Numbered from the stretch's first letter, positions 1-12,793 are shown. The stretch: DNA of 64,000 nt from Octopus vulgaris (GCA_951406725.2 OX597817.1:141670001-141734000); one strand, 5' to 3'. The notes: a model not told the origin generated them from the letters alone. Made by a program: numbers and translations.

Positions 1-149
1 AATGACAGATTTTTTTTGTTACTTTATATATAAATCTGGCAACAATAATATTCACATCCGTAGGAATCTGTGTCAGTAAATTAATATTAAATACTTTAAG
101 AGAGATTTTTTGTATCTTAAAACCTGAAGAAATAAAACAGAATATTTAT

Positions 150-950
150 TGTTATTTACCTCTTCAATGTGATTGATCTCATGCATCACCGGACCGAGTT
201 TTATATGAAACAAGTGAATACAAAATGGCCGCATGTATCTGTATACGTTTGGGCCTATATTGTGCCTACGATTCAATGTTATGGGATTGCGTATGCGCTT
301 TGTAACTTTATTACATTCAATTGTGTGTTATGTCAATACAGGCTGTTGAATATTGGTATCTTCTTTGCTGTTTACTCAATGTCCGTTTTACTATTCACAA
401 GGCTCTGTTTATGATATTGATAATTTGTAACTATATTTTCCCCAAGATATTTTCCCCATCATACTAAATAAAAGCATTTTGATGAAGCTGCTACTCAAAT
501 TCACAGATAGAAGTTGTCTTAGCAATATTTATTGTCATATCTTTTCAACTTTTGTATGACAATGATTTTGTCACCCTTGCTAAAGTCCAAGGACAAATAT
601 TTATAAATCCTAGATAACAACATTCTTGTATTTAACATTTTCTGACCAGTAGAAAGGGATTGATGTCGTGATGTCTCATTGAGCAGAACAGCCAGACAGG
701 ACATTTTCCAACGGAATTCCTTTTGACAAATATAGCGGGTATTGGTCCCGCTTCCTGGATAGCTCACAGATATAGTGAGACATCCAGAATGTTCCATAAA
801 GAGAGGTATCCTCACAAACAACTGAATTGGAGAGTATTATTTTCATGAAGAATATAGCCTCGCTCTGTTAGTTTTTTGCACAAATTCAAAATCGCATTAA
901 TCTCGTGTGAAACATCATTTCCCACAACGTGAAAGCTTCCACTCATCTTT
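150..950 (-). pseudogene. Possible highly decayed DDE transposase relic (Chapaev/Transib/RAG1-like lineage)
   Basis: Frameshifted minus-strand fragments read ...*GYLSLWNIL..., ...GSGTNTRYICQ... and ...CIHLFHIKLGPV..., in the order of the GD(Y/L)xxL...G...PCxxC and LHIxLG motifs of such transposases. Motif recall only; heavily degenerate. Confidence 0.25.
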
Positions 951-1099
951 CATCACACAGCAAATTTATATGTCTAAAACATATAACTACACCTCAGAAT
1001 ATAATGGTATGTATATGTTTCTACGAATAAAGGTTATTCGATAGGGTGCGTAGCCTTGAGATGAAGGAGTTTCTCCGGGGGCGTGGAACTGCTACGTAT

Positions 1100-1610
1100 T
1101 TGCATTGAGTCATCACAGCACCTGCATTACGGATATGTGTTTACAATGTCGCAAGAAAGAATCACAAAACGGATTCTTCAAGCCGAGCCAACCGTCAGGA
1201 GACCGAGAAATCGACCAAGAACAAGATGTTTGAATAATATCTTATTCTTATTTCTTATTTCTTTACTGCCCACAAGGGGATACACACAGAGGGGACAAAC
1301 AAGGCAAGACAGGCGGATTAAGTCGATTATATCGACTCCAGTGTATAACTGGTACTTATTTAATCGACTCCGAAAGGATGAAAGGCAAAGTCGACCTCGG
1401 CGTAATTTGAACTCAGAACGTAGTGGCAGACGAAATATGCTATGCATTTCTCCCGGCGTGTTAACTTTTCTGCCAGCTCTCCACCTTTGAATAATATCCA
1501 TAGTGTCATTTGATCATGCTTGGGACTCCAGTTTCTGATAGCACCCTATGAAGAAGGTAGTTGATGAGACCACACACCACAGACATTAAAGGCTTAGTGG
1601 ACAGAAAATG
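1100..1610 (+). mobile_element. RTE-clade LINE 3' remnant interrupted by a SINE
   Basis: Translation HYGYVFTMSQERITKRILQAEPTVRRPRNRPRTRCLNNI resembles the RTE C-terminal GHVxRM...RxRGRPxxRW region; it continues after the SINE insertion. Confidence 0.55.
1242..1485 (-). mobile_element. tRNA-derived SINE family B (Nin/Deu-type central domain) with 13-bp TSD
   Basis: Flanked by direct repeat tttgaataatatc (1229-1241 and 1486-1498); B-box GAGTTCAAATT; central TTCATCCTTTCGGRGTCGATxAA...AGTACCAG motif. Confidence 0.9.
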
Positions 1611-2423
1611 TGATGGCTGGCTGGTTTGCTGGATGGATGAATAGATGGATGGACAAGTCAATTGTGATTATGACTGTATAGTTACCTTCTCTGTCAGCAT
1701 ATTATGCTGTTGTATGAACACAGACATCCTGTGTATATTCTTCATTTATTCACAATAATGGCACTTTATAGCCTCATTTCCATTTCTCATCGCAAGTAAA
1801 CATATCGATCTTTCAGTCTCTAATTCGACATAGATTCATTATTTCGTAGATTTACGACCTCCATAATGTTTATCCAACTAACTCCTCTATGGTGAGTAGA
1901 GCAATCTCTTGTAAGCCTAATAATATATAATTATTGCAAACTCATTGTAATTATCATACAATTAGGCTCTCGCTGCACAACAGGGATGTTTGTTCAGTTG
2001 GGTTGTGTGAGTCACAGAGGATTTCTTGATTTTGTCGTTATTAAAATGAGTACACAGTGAATATAATTATTCCACCATTAGAAGGAAATAACGCCGATCC
2101 TCTGCTGATTAAGGAATTGCTAATTGTGCTTCTCTATTTCATTATGTATGTTTACAAAATTAAAATGAATGGGGACATAATATCTTATTGAACACTGTTG
2201 ACACTAGACGAGATTATAATAGAGTGTTTTCGTGGCGGGGAACCAGAAAGTTTTGGAAGAGAAAAACAGAATAACCACAGTATGTTAAAAAGAACAAATG
2301 TTCATATATTTTAACGGCTTATGAAGAAAAAGATTAGAAGAGATTAAAAACACAATTATTCTTAAAATTATTAAATGTATTATATACATTTACAGTTTCA
2401 TATATATATATATATATATATAT

Positions 2424-2595
2424 AGGCGCAGGAGTGGCTGTGTGGTAAGTAGCTTGCTAACCAACTACATGGTTCCGGGTTCAGTCCCACTGCGTGGCAT
2501 CTTGGGCAACTGTATTCTGCTATAGCCCCGGGCCGACCAATGCCTTGTGAGTGGATTTGGTAGACGGAAACTGAAAGAAGCCTGTCGTATATATG

Positions 2596-2630
<35 letters not shown>

Positions 2631-2841
2631 GTGTTTGTGTGTCTGTGTTTGTCCCCCTAGCATTGCTTGACAACCGATGCTGGTGTGTTTACGTCCTCGT
2701 CACTTAGCGGTTCGGCAAAAGAGACCGATAGAATAAGTACTGGGCTTACAAAGAATAAGTCCCGGGGTAGATTTGCTCGACTAAAGGCGGTGCTCCAGCA
2801 TGGCCGCAGTCAAATGACTGAAACAAGTAAAAGAGTAAAAG

Positions 2842-2843
<2 letters not shown>
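2424..2843 (+). mobile_element. tRNA-derived SINE family A (CORE-like ACCTTGGGCAAGT, internal microsatellite), full length
   Basis: A-box TGGCTGTGTGGT, B-box GGTTCAGTCCC, internal (TA)n(TG)n, tail GTAAAAGAGTAAAA; many copies in the window. Confidence 0.9.
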
Positions 2844-2882
<39 letters not shown>

Positions 2883-2884
2883 TG

Positions 2885-3045
2885 AGACTCCTTCGGTCAT
2901 GACTGACCATGGGATTTTACCTAGAAAGTCCAAGCAAGGTTGTTTATGGAAGACCAGCAGTCACCCATGCATACCACCCTCCCCTTTTCTCGCTAACGAT
3001 GTTATCCAAGGGAAAGACAAAGGCCGATACAGCTAGGCAACAGTG
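2885..3045 (-). mobile_element. SINE family C 3' fragment
   Basis: Matches the 3' half of the intact copy at 53392-53735. Confidence 0.75.
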
Positions 3046-3070
3046 ACATACATAATACATACATAATACA

Positions 3071-3102
<32 letters not shown>

Positions 3103-3309
3103 ACTATATATATATATATACGTACATATATATTTATACACACAGAGGCAAGTCACTAACAGGCTGCTTAACATACTAGAAAGAACAGTGAAAAAGTCCA
3201 AACCACATTTAAGAGCAAATTCGAAGGAAATGAAAATTAAAAACATTTACCATGCTTTATTAGCCGAATCTCATTGTCAATAATATATTGAATTTAAGTA
3301 TTTTTAATG

Positions 3310-3490
3310 CACTGCTGTCGTAAATAGCCAGCAAGATCACCGGCACCGGACATCTGCCATCAAAGAGCCGAGAGATCAAAATCACACGATATTGTTCTTC
3401 CGGTGACCTTAGCAGACGATTCTTGTCTACGACGATATAAACATAACTGCTTTTGTGTACCATGCATCTATACGAGAGGTCCTCTCATGG
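3310..3490. promoter_or_regulatory. Candidate enhancer (dense TF-motif cluster in unique, GC-richer DNA)
   Basis: Within ~120 bp: GTCGTAAA (posterior Hox/Cdx), CATCTG (E-box), CATCAAAG and AGATCAAA (TCF/LEF), ATTGTT (Sox), TGACCTT (nuclear-receptor half site). Confidence 0.35.
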
Positions 3491-3756
3491 TAAACAACAC
3501 AGTATTTGAAGTTCTAACAAAACACCCACGTTAAGTTTGATATAAAGATTGCCCGAACACACACACACACACATAGATATATAAATTTACATATAAGACA
3601 GGCTTATATATACATAAAAAATATATACATAAAAAATTTAAATTCAAATGAATTAGGTACTTAAGTTGAGGTACCAGTATTTAGTACGTTATTATCCATA
3701 CAATTTCAAAATAAGTTGATTAAAATCAAAATAGGCAACAAGGATATCTAGAGGTA

Positions 3757-3844
3757 ATGCTGTACGATCGTTTCAAGCAACTCCATTTAATTGAACAATG
3801 CAGTCATTACATCAATTTAAATACAGAGCAATCCTCAGCTGCAT
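3757..3844 (-). ncRNA. Hammerhead ribozyme-like motif (type I, long stem II) in a PLE terminal fragment (~3625-3860)
   Basis: Minus strand: AUGCAG-CUGAGGA-...-GAAAC-GAUC-GUA-CAGCAU; stem I 5/6 paired, palindromic stem III ACGAUCGU. Confidence 0.65.
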
Positions 3845-3904
3845 AAAGATATAGAATCGAATTAAATTAAAACATGGACACGCAGGAACGAATCAATTGC
3901 TCTC

Positions 3905-4480
3905 GAGAAGGTTCGTGTCCATTCCTCAGCAGGCAAGGTGATGCTCGCAGTCTTTTGAGACCAGCGTGGAATAGTGATGATGGATTTTCTGACAAGGAGC
4001 ACCACAATTAACGAGACATACTTTGCTTCTCTACTGTAGAAATAACGGGATGCCATCAAAGCAGAGAGGCGTAGAATGCTGACCAAAGTAGTCGCCTCCT
4101 CCAAGACACCGCTCAAATTCACAATGTGGATGTTGCCCAGATGAAAACCAAACTTCTGCGGCTTCGAAATCCTTCCTCATTCCCCTTACTCTCCCGTCCC
4201 CGCACCATCTGACTTTCACCTCTTTCTAACTATGAAATCTTTTTTGAAGGGGAAGCACTTTTCGGATTATAATAAACTTATTTCCGAAGTAAAGTCTTGG
4301 CTCCAGACGCAACCCACCAACTACAACAAAAGAGGTCTTCCCAACTCCATAAAGCGATGGGAGAAGTGTTTCACCATTGGTGGTGGCTATGTATAGAAGG
4401 AGAAATAATTATGCTAAGTTTCGTTTATCCTAGTCCTTGGTAAGTGGCTCAGGGGGAATCTTTAACGAATACCTCTCGTA
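3905..4480 (+). mobile_element. Mariner transposon 3' half, decayed transposase
   Basis: AGKVMLAVF*DQRGIVMMDFL...PHSPYSPVPAPSDFHLF...KRWEKC (YSPDLAPxD motif) with stops; ends in TIR-like ...cctctcg followed by TA. Confidence 0.85.
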
Positions 4481-5289
4481 TACATACATGTATATAGGTA
4501 TATATATGTATATGTATATATATGTGTGTATATATGTATGTATTTATGTATCTTGTGGTGGGGTTGATGAATACGTGGAGGAGGAAGATAATAAGGAGAG
4601 GGGAGGAGAACGCTGGCAATAGGGATGATGTTGGCAACGACGGCAAATCATGAGAAAGTAGAGGCAAATAATGAAAAAGAGAAAAGTATAGTATCAGTAA
4701 GAGGAGCAGAAAGAGAAGCAGAAAGAGGTATTAAGGAGATGAAAAAGAAAACAAAAGCATTAACAGGTGTTGAAGATGAATAACAACAGCAAAAAGGAAA
4801 GAATAACAACGACGACGACGATGACAACAACAACAAGAAACCGGTAGGCATCTGAATCCCATCTGATCATAGCATAACGCGAATTGATATGGAGAATCGT
4901 CAAAATATAATGATCTTCGAATTTAGATAGAACTGGTGGAAGAAAGTATTAAAAAAATAACAATGAAGTGCAGAGCACGGGGCAATGATAAAAAATATTA
5001 CTGTAAAACGTACAAAGCATTCCAGGGCACACAGCATTATACACAAAGTGTAAAACGTAGCTGTGCTAATAAGAAATCACATTCTAAGCAAGTTATTTTC
5101 AATCCCATATCTCAGCACAAACATTGTAATCTCTACAAAAACACCCCATTCCTTAGAAAATATGGAATAATGGAATAGATTATTAGTATTGTGCTAAGAA
5201 GATTGGCGTTTTTAACAGATCAATGTCAGAAATCGAAATCTGTGAAACGTTTTCTCTGAACGTTTCTGTCACCATTGTCGTTATGTTAC

Positions 5290-5535
5290 ACGCTGCTCGT
5301 GTGCCTGACACGTAACTACCCAAGAGACTGTTTCACAGTGAAATGGTCGAAGGCAAGCGCACGCAAGTTGGACACAAAAAGTGCTTCAAGGACGCAATCA
5401 AAGTCTCACTAAAGGGCTTTGAGATCAATGTCGACACCTGGGAAATGCAAACACAGAGCCACCTAGCCTGGTTAAGCTGCATCAATAGAAGTGCCACATC
5501 CTACGAGCAGAACTGGATTGCAGGGAACACAAAGA
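5290..5535 (+). mobile_element. RTE/BovB-like LINE 3' coding remnant
   Basis: LPKRLFHSEMVEGKRTQVGHKKCFKDAIKVSLKGFEINVDTWE...W matches the RTE C-terminus. Confidence 0.75.
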
Positions 5536-6114
5536 AAACGAATTTCGTATTGCGATCAAACGAAACCCAATTATCACAGGATAATCCCTATCGGGATTAA
5601 CAACATTTGCATAAGAAGTTCGTGAGAATTAACGATAGTCTGTTTCACCAACCCCTAAATACATCAATTTCACTGCGGAATAAATTATTTTATTGCGAAG
5701 AAGAAGACTGATGTTTCCCAATGGATTTCTTTGATGTAGAAAAAATAAATGTTTTTCAATTGTAATTGAATTAGTTTTCCTTTGAATGTTTCAATGTTAT
5801 GAGAGGCCCCAAGGCATACAATTAGGGATTGGTTTTCTCTGTTTTATTCTTGGTTGAGAATCAAGCAGCGAAAATAATTATTTCTCTTCTGTGTTAGTCA
5901 ATAGACCGCGGTCATGCTGGAGCACCGCCTTGAAAATTTCTTACACGATTGTATCGACACCAGTGCTTTGATTTAAAGCTGGGTACGTATTTTGTCGGCA
6001 GCATTTGCTGAACCTCTAAGTAACGGTGATATAAACACACCAGCACAGGTTGTCAAGTGGTTTTGAGGAACAAACAAAGACACAAAGACATATACAACGT
6101 ATGTATATATATAT

Positions 6115-6518
6115 AGGCGCAGGTGTGGCTGTGTGGTAAGTAGCTTGTTTACCAACCACATGGTTCCGGGTTCAGTCCCACTGCATGGCACCTTGGGCAA
6201 GTGTCTTCTACTATAGCCTCGGGCCGACCAAAGCCTTGTGAGTGGATTTGGTAGACGGACACTGAAAGAAGCCCGTCGTATATATGTATATATATATGCG
6301 TGTGTGTGTTTGTGTGTCTGTGTTTGTTCCCCTAGCATTGCTTGACAACCGATGCTGGTGTGTTTATGTCCCCGTTACTTAGCGGTTCGGCAAAAGTGAC
6401 CGATAGAATAAGTACTGGGCTTACAAAAGAATAAGTCACGGGGTTGAGTTACTCGATTAAAGGCGGTGCTCCAGCATGGCCGCAGTCAAATGACTGAAAC
6501 AAGTAAAAGAGTAAAAGA

Positions 6519-6520
<2 letters not shown>
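6115..6520 (+). mobile_element. SINE family A, full length (inverted family-A 3' piece at ~5900-6095)
   Basis: Near-identical to 2424-2843. Confidence 0.9.
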
Positions 6521-6583
<63 letters not shown>

Positions 6584-6682
6584 AGAGACCAAAGTGTATG
6601 TATATAAAAATAATATAAACATTGGGACAAGAAAGCAACAGGCAACAAAAATCATCCAACAGTTGGATGACACAAAGAGAGG

Positions 6683-6814
6683 CATGAAAAACCAAGGATT
6701 GGTCATTCGGAGTTTTCTTTCTTCAGTCGCTTTCCAGATTTCCATTGCAGTTTCGGCTACTGGAACACGACTGACGAAAGAAAACTCCGAATGACCCGTC
6801 TTTGTTTTTTCATG
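6683..6814. repeat. Imperfect palindrome (~55-60 bp arms) in a (TA)n-flanked insert
   Basis: catgaaaaaccaaggattggtcattcggagttttctttcttcagtcg...cgactgacgaaagaaaactccgaatgacccgtctttgttttttcatg. Confidence 0.85.
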
Positions 6815-6950
6815 TCCCCTTTTTGTATATATATATATATATATAAATTCTGGGTGAGTACTTGATAATTATAAGCACCTGTGTATACCGTTTGGTGGTG
6901 TAGATGGTGGAGTAAATTGATCAAAATAAAAACATGATGCGAAGGATTCA

Positions 6951-7028
6951 GCGGTACATATGTTTAGGGCCTTTATTAGACAGATTTATAACAATGCATA
7001 ATGTATGTCTGTGGCCTTCTTCAGCCGC
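6951..7028 (-). ncRNA. Hammerhead ribozyme motif near the PLE 3' end (G12 position mutated)
   Basis: Minus strand: GCGG-CUGAAGA-AGGCC...GGCCC-UAAAC-AUAU-GUA-CCGC; perfect stem I, palindromic stem III ACAUAUGU. Confidence 0.7.
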
Positions 7029-8703
7029 GCACAACAGCTTCCACAAGGACATGTGTTACATCAAAAATTCTTGGTTGGGGATGCAAATCCTCTCATTCGC
7101 GTACGACATAATGCGGCAGCAGCATAGAATTGAAGCGTCCATCTCTTTCTTCTCTCAATGTAGAATGAGGAAAATTGGATGTTGAAGTAATGTAAATAAA
7201 TAAATACATATATAGACGTGAAGATGGAGGGGCGAGAATTTAGGACGAGGGATAAAAAATGTATAAAAAGCGTAAGTATAGAAAAATATAAAAATGTAGA
7301 GCATAAAGATATAAAGAGATATAAGGAGATGTAAAGGGGTATAAAGAATATAAAGAAATATAAAGAAATATAAATAAATGTAAAGGCATAAGATTATAAA
7401 GTAAAAATAGAAATAGAAATAAAAGTAAAAAAACATGATAAAAATGTAAAAAAATATATAAAAAATATAAAGATAAGGGATGTATAGAGGTTACGGACCA
7501 AACATGGTGGTCAGGAGATTGATAAAATTTAGTTGTAGAAGTGTCAATAAATCAACAGTTTCGTCTGGGGACCTAATGTGTTGTAAAACAGAGCTGTTGA
7601 GCGTTTAATCTGGTTCTTTGAATTAATTGGTCTTCTAGTACATACATACCATCATGGATACATACACCCATATACACGCGTACATATACGCCTCCAAGCC
7701 TATAAGCATACACACGCACTCGCGTGTAAACATGTACATAAACACACACACACACACACGCACGCGCGTACACATACATACATACAACATAATATCCGCA
7801 TGTATACACGGACGCTATACGTGTACACACCCATATGTACATACGTGCGCCCATCCCTACATACACATACGCATATGCCCACGCTTCCAGGTTTAGATAT
7901 AAGATATTAAAGGATGTATATAAGAACGTATGTAAAGAATCACGCACTCATGTCTACACGTGCATGCACACACGGCTGTGTGTCCGTATGTGCGTGCACA
8001 TATACACTTACATACACACACAGAGACATACGCGCATATGGGTATAGCTATAAGATATTAAAAGATGTATACAAATAGGTGTAAACATATGAATGTAAGA
8101 AAACATGTAAAAAAAGGAAATACGGGGTATGAACATCCAGACGTAGATGTTTACTCGTACATATGTACATATATGTATGCGTATACATACGTACACGGAC
8201 GCTCGTATAATCATAAAGTGGATCCATAGGTAAGTAAATAAACATATATAGAGATGTAAAGCGATAAGTTAGGGGTAAGAATGAGGGTAAGGGTAAAAAT
8301 TAGAAATAAAAGTAAGAAATACAGTATAAAATAAGAAATACAATGTAATAGTTAGAAATGAAATATAAAAATTATAAAAATTATAAGAGTTAAGGTAAGG
8401 GATGAAAATAAAAATGAGAATAAATGGAAGTAGAATAAAAGTAAAAATAAAAGTAAAAATAAAAATAAAATAAAATAAGATAAAAATATAATTTGGTAAA
8501 GCTTAACATGAGATGAAGGTGGTTGAAAGTTAGAGGTGTGTGTTAAAGGTGCCCACGTAGGGGCGGGCGGGGGGAACTGAAAACTGGAAGGGTGGGAAGT
8601 GGAGTTTGGCGGTGTGCGTTCAACATCCGAGTTAGAAATGTGAAAGGGTATAGATATAGGGAAATAAAGAGACTATATAGGAAGGATATGGATGTAGGAG
8701 AAG

Positions 8704-9752
8704 GTCGGCCATAAAACTCCCAATTATAATCGAACCCAGCACTCAACTCACACTAGCGATAATTCTAATTTAAACTCCAAACAACGTATAGGAAATAGGC
8801 GAACTAATAGAATAGCACACAATAGTAACCCTCCCGACGAGAGCAATATAGATCCTATTAGGAGAAATAGAAGGGATAATAGTAGATTACGCAAATATAT
8901 ATATGGTTCAACATACCTTACAACTTAGCAGTTAGGGGTAAGTTATGTAAGAGAATATTCTCTATCATTTCCAACAACTTCCCACCCACCCACAAGTATA
9001 GAAGTATCTTCTCCAACAAAACCATTAGGATTTCCTACTCTACCCTGCCCAACATGAGCTGCCTCATAGCTAAACATAACTATATTAATATTAGAACAGC
9101 TAGATCAAGAGCAAACTATAGCGACCAACAGAACACCCCTCATCTAGATAGCAGACAATATAACCAGACTGGCAGCCATACTACCCAAACAGTTAGTAAT
9201 AACACCCGCCAACACAACAGAGGAAATACTACACCCATCAACAACCAGGAGGATATCAACGCCCCCACTCGTATTGCAACACCTCCGCCTGGAATTAGCA
9301 GCACACGACCGAATAATGCAATGCAATGCAACTGCAGATGTGCATCAGAGTGCCCGCTGCAGGGCGCATGTAGGGCGAAAAACGTAATATATTCATGTGA
9401 GGTGAGTACCCAGTTTAACACACTCACCTACATAGGTTGCTCAACCTCCTGGAAATCCAGATACTACAACCACCGGTCCTCTCTGAAACACAGACATAAG
9501 GCTAACAGCACCTCCCTTTCTAAAAGAATTTGGGAATTAAAAGACAAATGCACAGGCTTCAAACTCAGGTGGTCCATCATCGGATCAGCTGCACCTTACT
9601 TAAATAATAGAGCAGGATGCCAACTATGTTGTGTAGAACTCCTGAACATCTTGAAATTCAAAGACAAACACAATCTTATTAACAAAAGGTCAGAGTTCAA
9701 ACCATCCTGTATACACAAACTTATTAATACTTTCAAATACTACAGAGCTTAA
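8704..9752 (+). pseudogene. C-terminal part of Naiad-type PLE protein (linker + GIY-YIG endonuclease), 5'-truncated, one frameshift near 8896-8903
   Basis: RKYI/WFNIPYN...FPPTHKYRSIFSNKTIRISYSTLPNM; CNCRCASECPLQGAC; VIY...YIG...WKSRYYNH; CQLC; NKRSEFKPSCIH. An extra AT dinucleotide separates RKYI from WFN. Confidence 0.9.
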
Positions 9753-9890
9753 GTCTTATACCAACTCCCCCATGCAATTTCCTCCCACCCGGTGCAACCT
9801 GTCGGCTCCAGCACATCCCGCTTTCCTATATGTGCGTGTATATGCGTATATGTGTGCGTGTATATATATGTATGTGCACATATGTGTACG

Positions 9891-9924
<34 letters not shown>

Positions 9925-11423
9925 CGTGTGTGTGTGTGTGTGTGGTGTGTGTATGTGCATATATGTTTCCCTGCATTTTCCTCCTATATATACAAATTTT
10001 GTCTCCCATATATGACTTCTTTTCCCAACATATTTCTTCTCCTACACCCATATCCTTCCTATATAATCTCTTTATTTCCCTATATCTATACCCTTTCACA
10101 TTTCTAACTCGGATGTTGAACGCACACCGCCAAACTCCACTTCCCACCCTTCCAATTTTCAGTTCCCCCCGCCCGCCCCTACGTGGGCACCTTTAACACA
10201 CACCTCTAACTTTCAACCACCTTCATCTCATGTTAAACTTTACCAAATTATATTTTTATCTTATTTTATTTTATTTTTATTTTTACTTTTATTTTTACTT
10301 TTATTCTACTTCCATTTATTCTCATTTTTATTTTCATCCCTTACCTTAACTCTTATAATTTTTATAATTTTTATATTTCATTTCTAACTATTACATTGTA
10401 TTTCTTATTTTATACTGTATTTCTTACTTTTATTTCTAATTTTTACCCTTACCCTCATTCTTACCCCTAACTTATCGCTTTACATCTCTATATATGTTTA
10501 TTTACTTACCTATGGATCCACTTTATGATTATACGAGCGTCCGTGTACGTATGTATACGCATACATATATGTACATATGTACGAGTAAACATCTACGTCT
10601 GGATGTTCATACCCCGTATTTCTTTTTTTTACATGTTTTCTTACATTCATATGTTTACACCTATTTGTATACATCTTTTAATATCTTATAGCTATACCCA
10701 TATGCGCGTATGTCTCTGTGTGTGTATGTAAGTGTATATGTGCACGCACATACGGACACACAGCCGTGTGTGCGTGCACGTGTAGACATGAGTGCGTGAT
10801 TCTTTACATACGTTCTTATATACATCCTTTAATATCTTATATCTAAACCTGGAAGCGTGGGCATATGCGTATGTGTATGTAGGGATGGGCGCACGTATGT
10901 ACATATGGGTGTGTACACGTATAGCGTCCGTGTATACATGCGGATATTATGTTGTATGTATGTATGTGTACGCGCGTGCGTGTGTGTGTGTGTGTGTTTA
11001 TGTACATGTTTACACGCGAGTGCGTGTGTATGCTTATAGGCTTGGAGGCGTATATGTACGCGTGTATATGGGTGTATGTATCCATGATGGTATGTATGTA
11101 CTAGAAGACCAATTAATTCAAAGAACCAGATTAAACGCTCAACAGCTCTGTTTTACAACACATTAGGTCCCCAGACGAAACTGTTGATTTATTGACACTT
11201 CTACAACTAAATTTTATCAATCTCCTGACCACCATGTTTGGTCCGTAACCTCTATACATCCCTTATCTTTATATTTTTTATATATTTTTTTACATTTTTA
11301 TCATGTTTTTTTACTTTTATTTCTATTTCTATTTTTACTTTATAACTTTATGCCTTTACATTTATTTATATTTCTTTATATTTCTTTATATTCTTTATAC
11401 CCCCTTTACATCTCCTTATATCT

Positions 11424-11995
11424 GTATTTTATGCGAGACTTTCGTATCGTCTGCATAGCTGGCCAGAGTGGTTAACCGGGCATTTGAGGGCATATCTGAG
11501 AGGGCCACTATAAAAAGCAGTGGTCCCAAGACAGTGCCCTGTGGAACACCGCTCACTATGTGTGTGGTCATAGAGGTGGCTCCGTTAACCACTACTGCCT
11601 GACTCCTATCTTTCAGGAAGTCATGTAACCACACTCCAAGTTTTCCAGCTATGCCGAGGTCACACAGTTTGTGGCATATCATACCATGATCCACCTTGTC
11701 AAAAGCTTTTGCAAAATCAAGGTAGATTACGTCCACATTTGATTTGTTGAGTAACTGCCTCAACACCCAGTCATAATGTTGTAAGAGCTGGGTCAGGCAG
11801 CTCCTACCTGGTCGAAAACAATGCTGGGTATCACTCAGCAAGTTATTTTCCTCAAGGAATGCAATTAGTTTCTTTCTGACTATGCGTTCCATGACTTTGC
11901 TGATGTGTGAAGTCAGAGAGATAGGCCTATAGTTTTTGGCATCTGTTCTACTTCCCCCTTTATGTATTGGGCATATTATTCCCTCTTTCAGCTTG
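11424..11995 (-). mobile_element. CR1-clade LINE reverse-transcriptase fragment
   Basis: PIHKGG...NYRPISLTS...QHCFRPGRSCLTQL...YLDFAKAFDKVDH...SGVPQGTVLGPLLF...YADDTK. Confidence 0.92.
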
Positions 11996-11997
11996 CT

Positions 11998-12113
<116 letters not shown>

Positions 12114-12166
12114 TGTATGTATGTATGTATGTATGTATATGTATGTATATATAGTATATGTTAAAG

Positions 12167-12476
12167 TGTTAAAGAAGAAAACGGATAGTTTTAACTCATA
12201 ACATCCATTTATTAACATATTGTTAATTTACACTTGCCTAGAATTGTCTCCATATCCGACTCATTCAAATTACAAATTTATAAATTAAAATTATATTTTG
12301 AAAATTGCAAGTTAAATATTTCTTCGCCCTGAAGAAATATTTAACTTGCAATATTCAAAATGCCTTTTTAGTTTAAGAATTTGTAATTTGAATGAGTTGG
12401 ATATGGAAACAATTGTTAATAAATATGTTAATAAATGGATGTTATCAGTTAAAGCTCTCCGTCTACTTCGTTAACA
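12167..12476. repeat. Long diverged palindrome (~150-bp arms) centred near 12327
   Basis: ttgcaagttaaatatttcttc-gccct-gaagaaatatttaacttgcaa core; outer matches taacatccatttattaacatatt / aatatgttaataaatggatgtta. Confidence 0.85.
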
Positions 12477-12712
12477 TTTATTGTATGAAAATATACCCAT
12501 ATATATCGAAGTGAAACACGCATCAATTAAAGTATACCGGGGCTCTGTAACGTTTTTAATATTTGTGCCTATTACTAAATAACAAACACCTATACTAGCA
12601 AGTAAAACGTGACCCCTGAGTATTTCACCGATATACATGGTTAAACTGGGGAAACTTGTATGCTAAAATCCCTTTTAAGAACGATTTATATCCTTGCTAT
12701 AACATATAAATA

Positions 12713-12793
<81 letters not shown>

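Larger units (their letters stand above)
6845..11423. mobile_element. Penelope-like element (Naiad-type) with inverted pseudo-LTR: minus-strand 3' UTR (8703 to 6845) joined to a 5'-truncated plus-strand body (8704-11423)
   Basis: Arms 7317-8703 and 10036-11423 are near-identical reverse complements enclosing a GIY-YIG ORF; the left end carries a hammerhead motif and abuts (TA)n. Confidence 0.9.

Noticed and set aside
11095-11200. CTAGAAGA...GACGAAACTGTTG as a second hammerhead in the inverted arms
   Set aside because: The core is not CUGANGA and I could not form stem I or a valid cleavage triplet.
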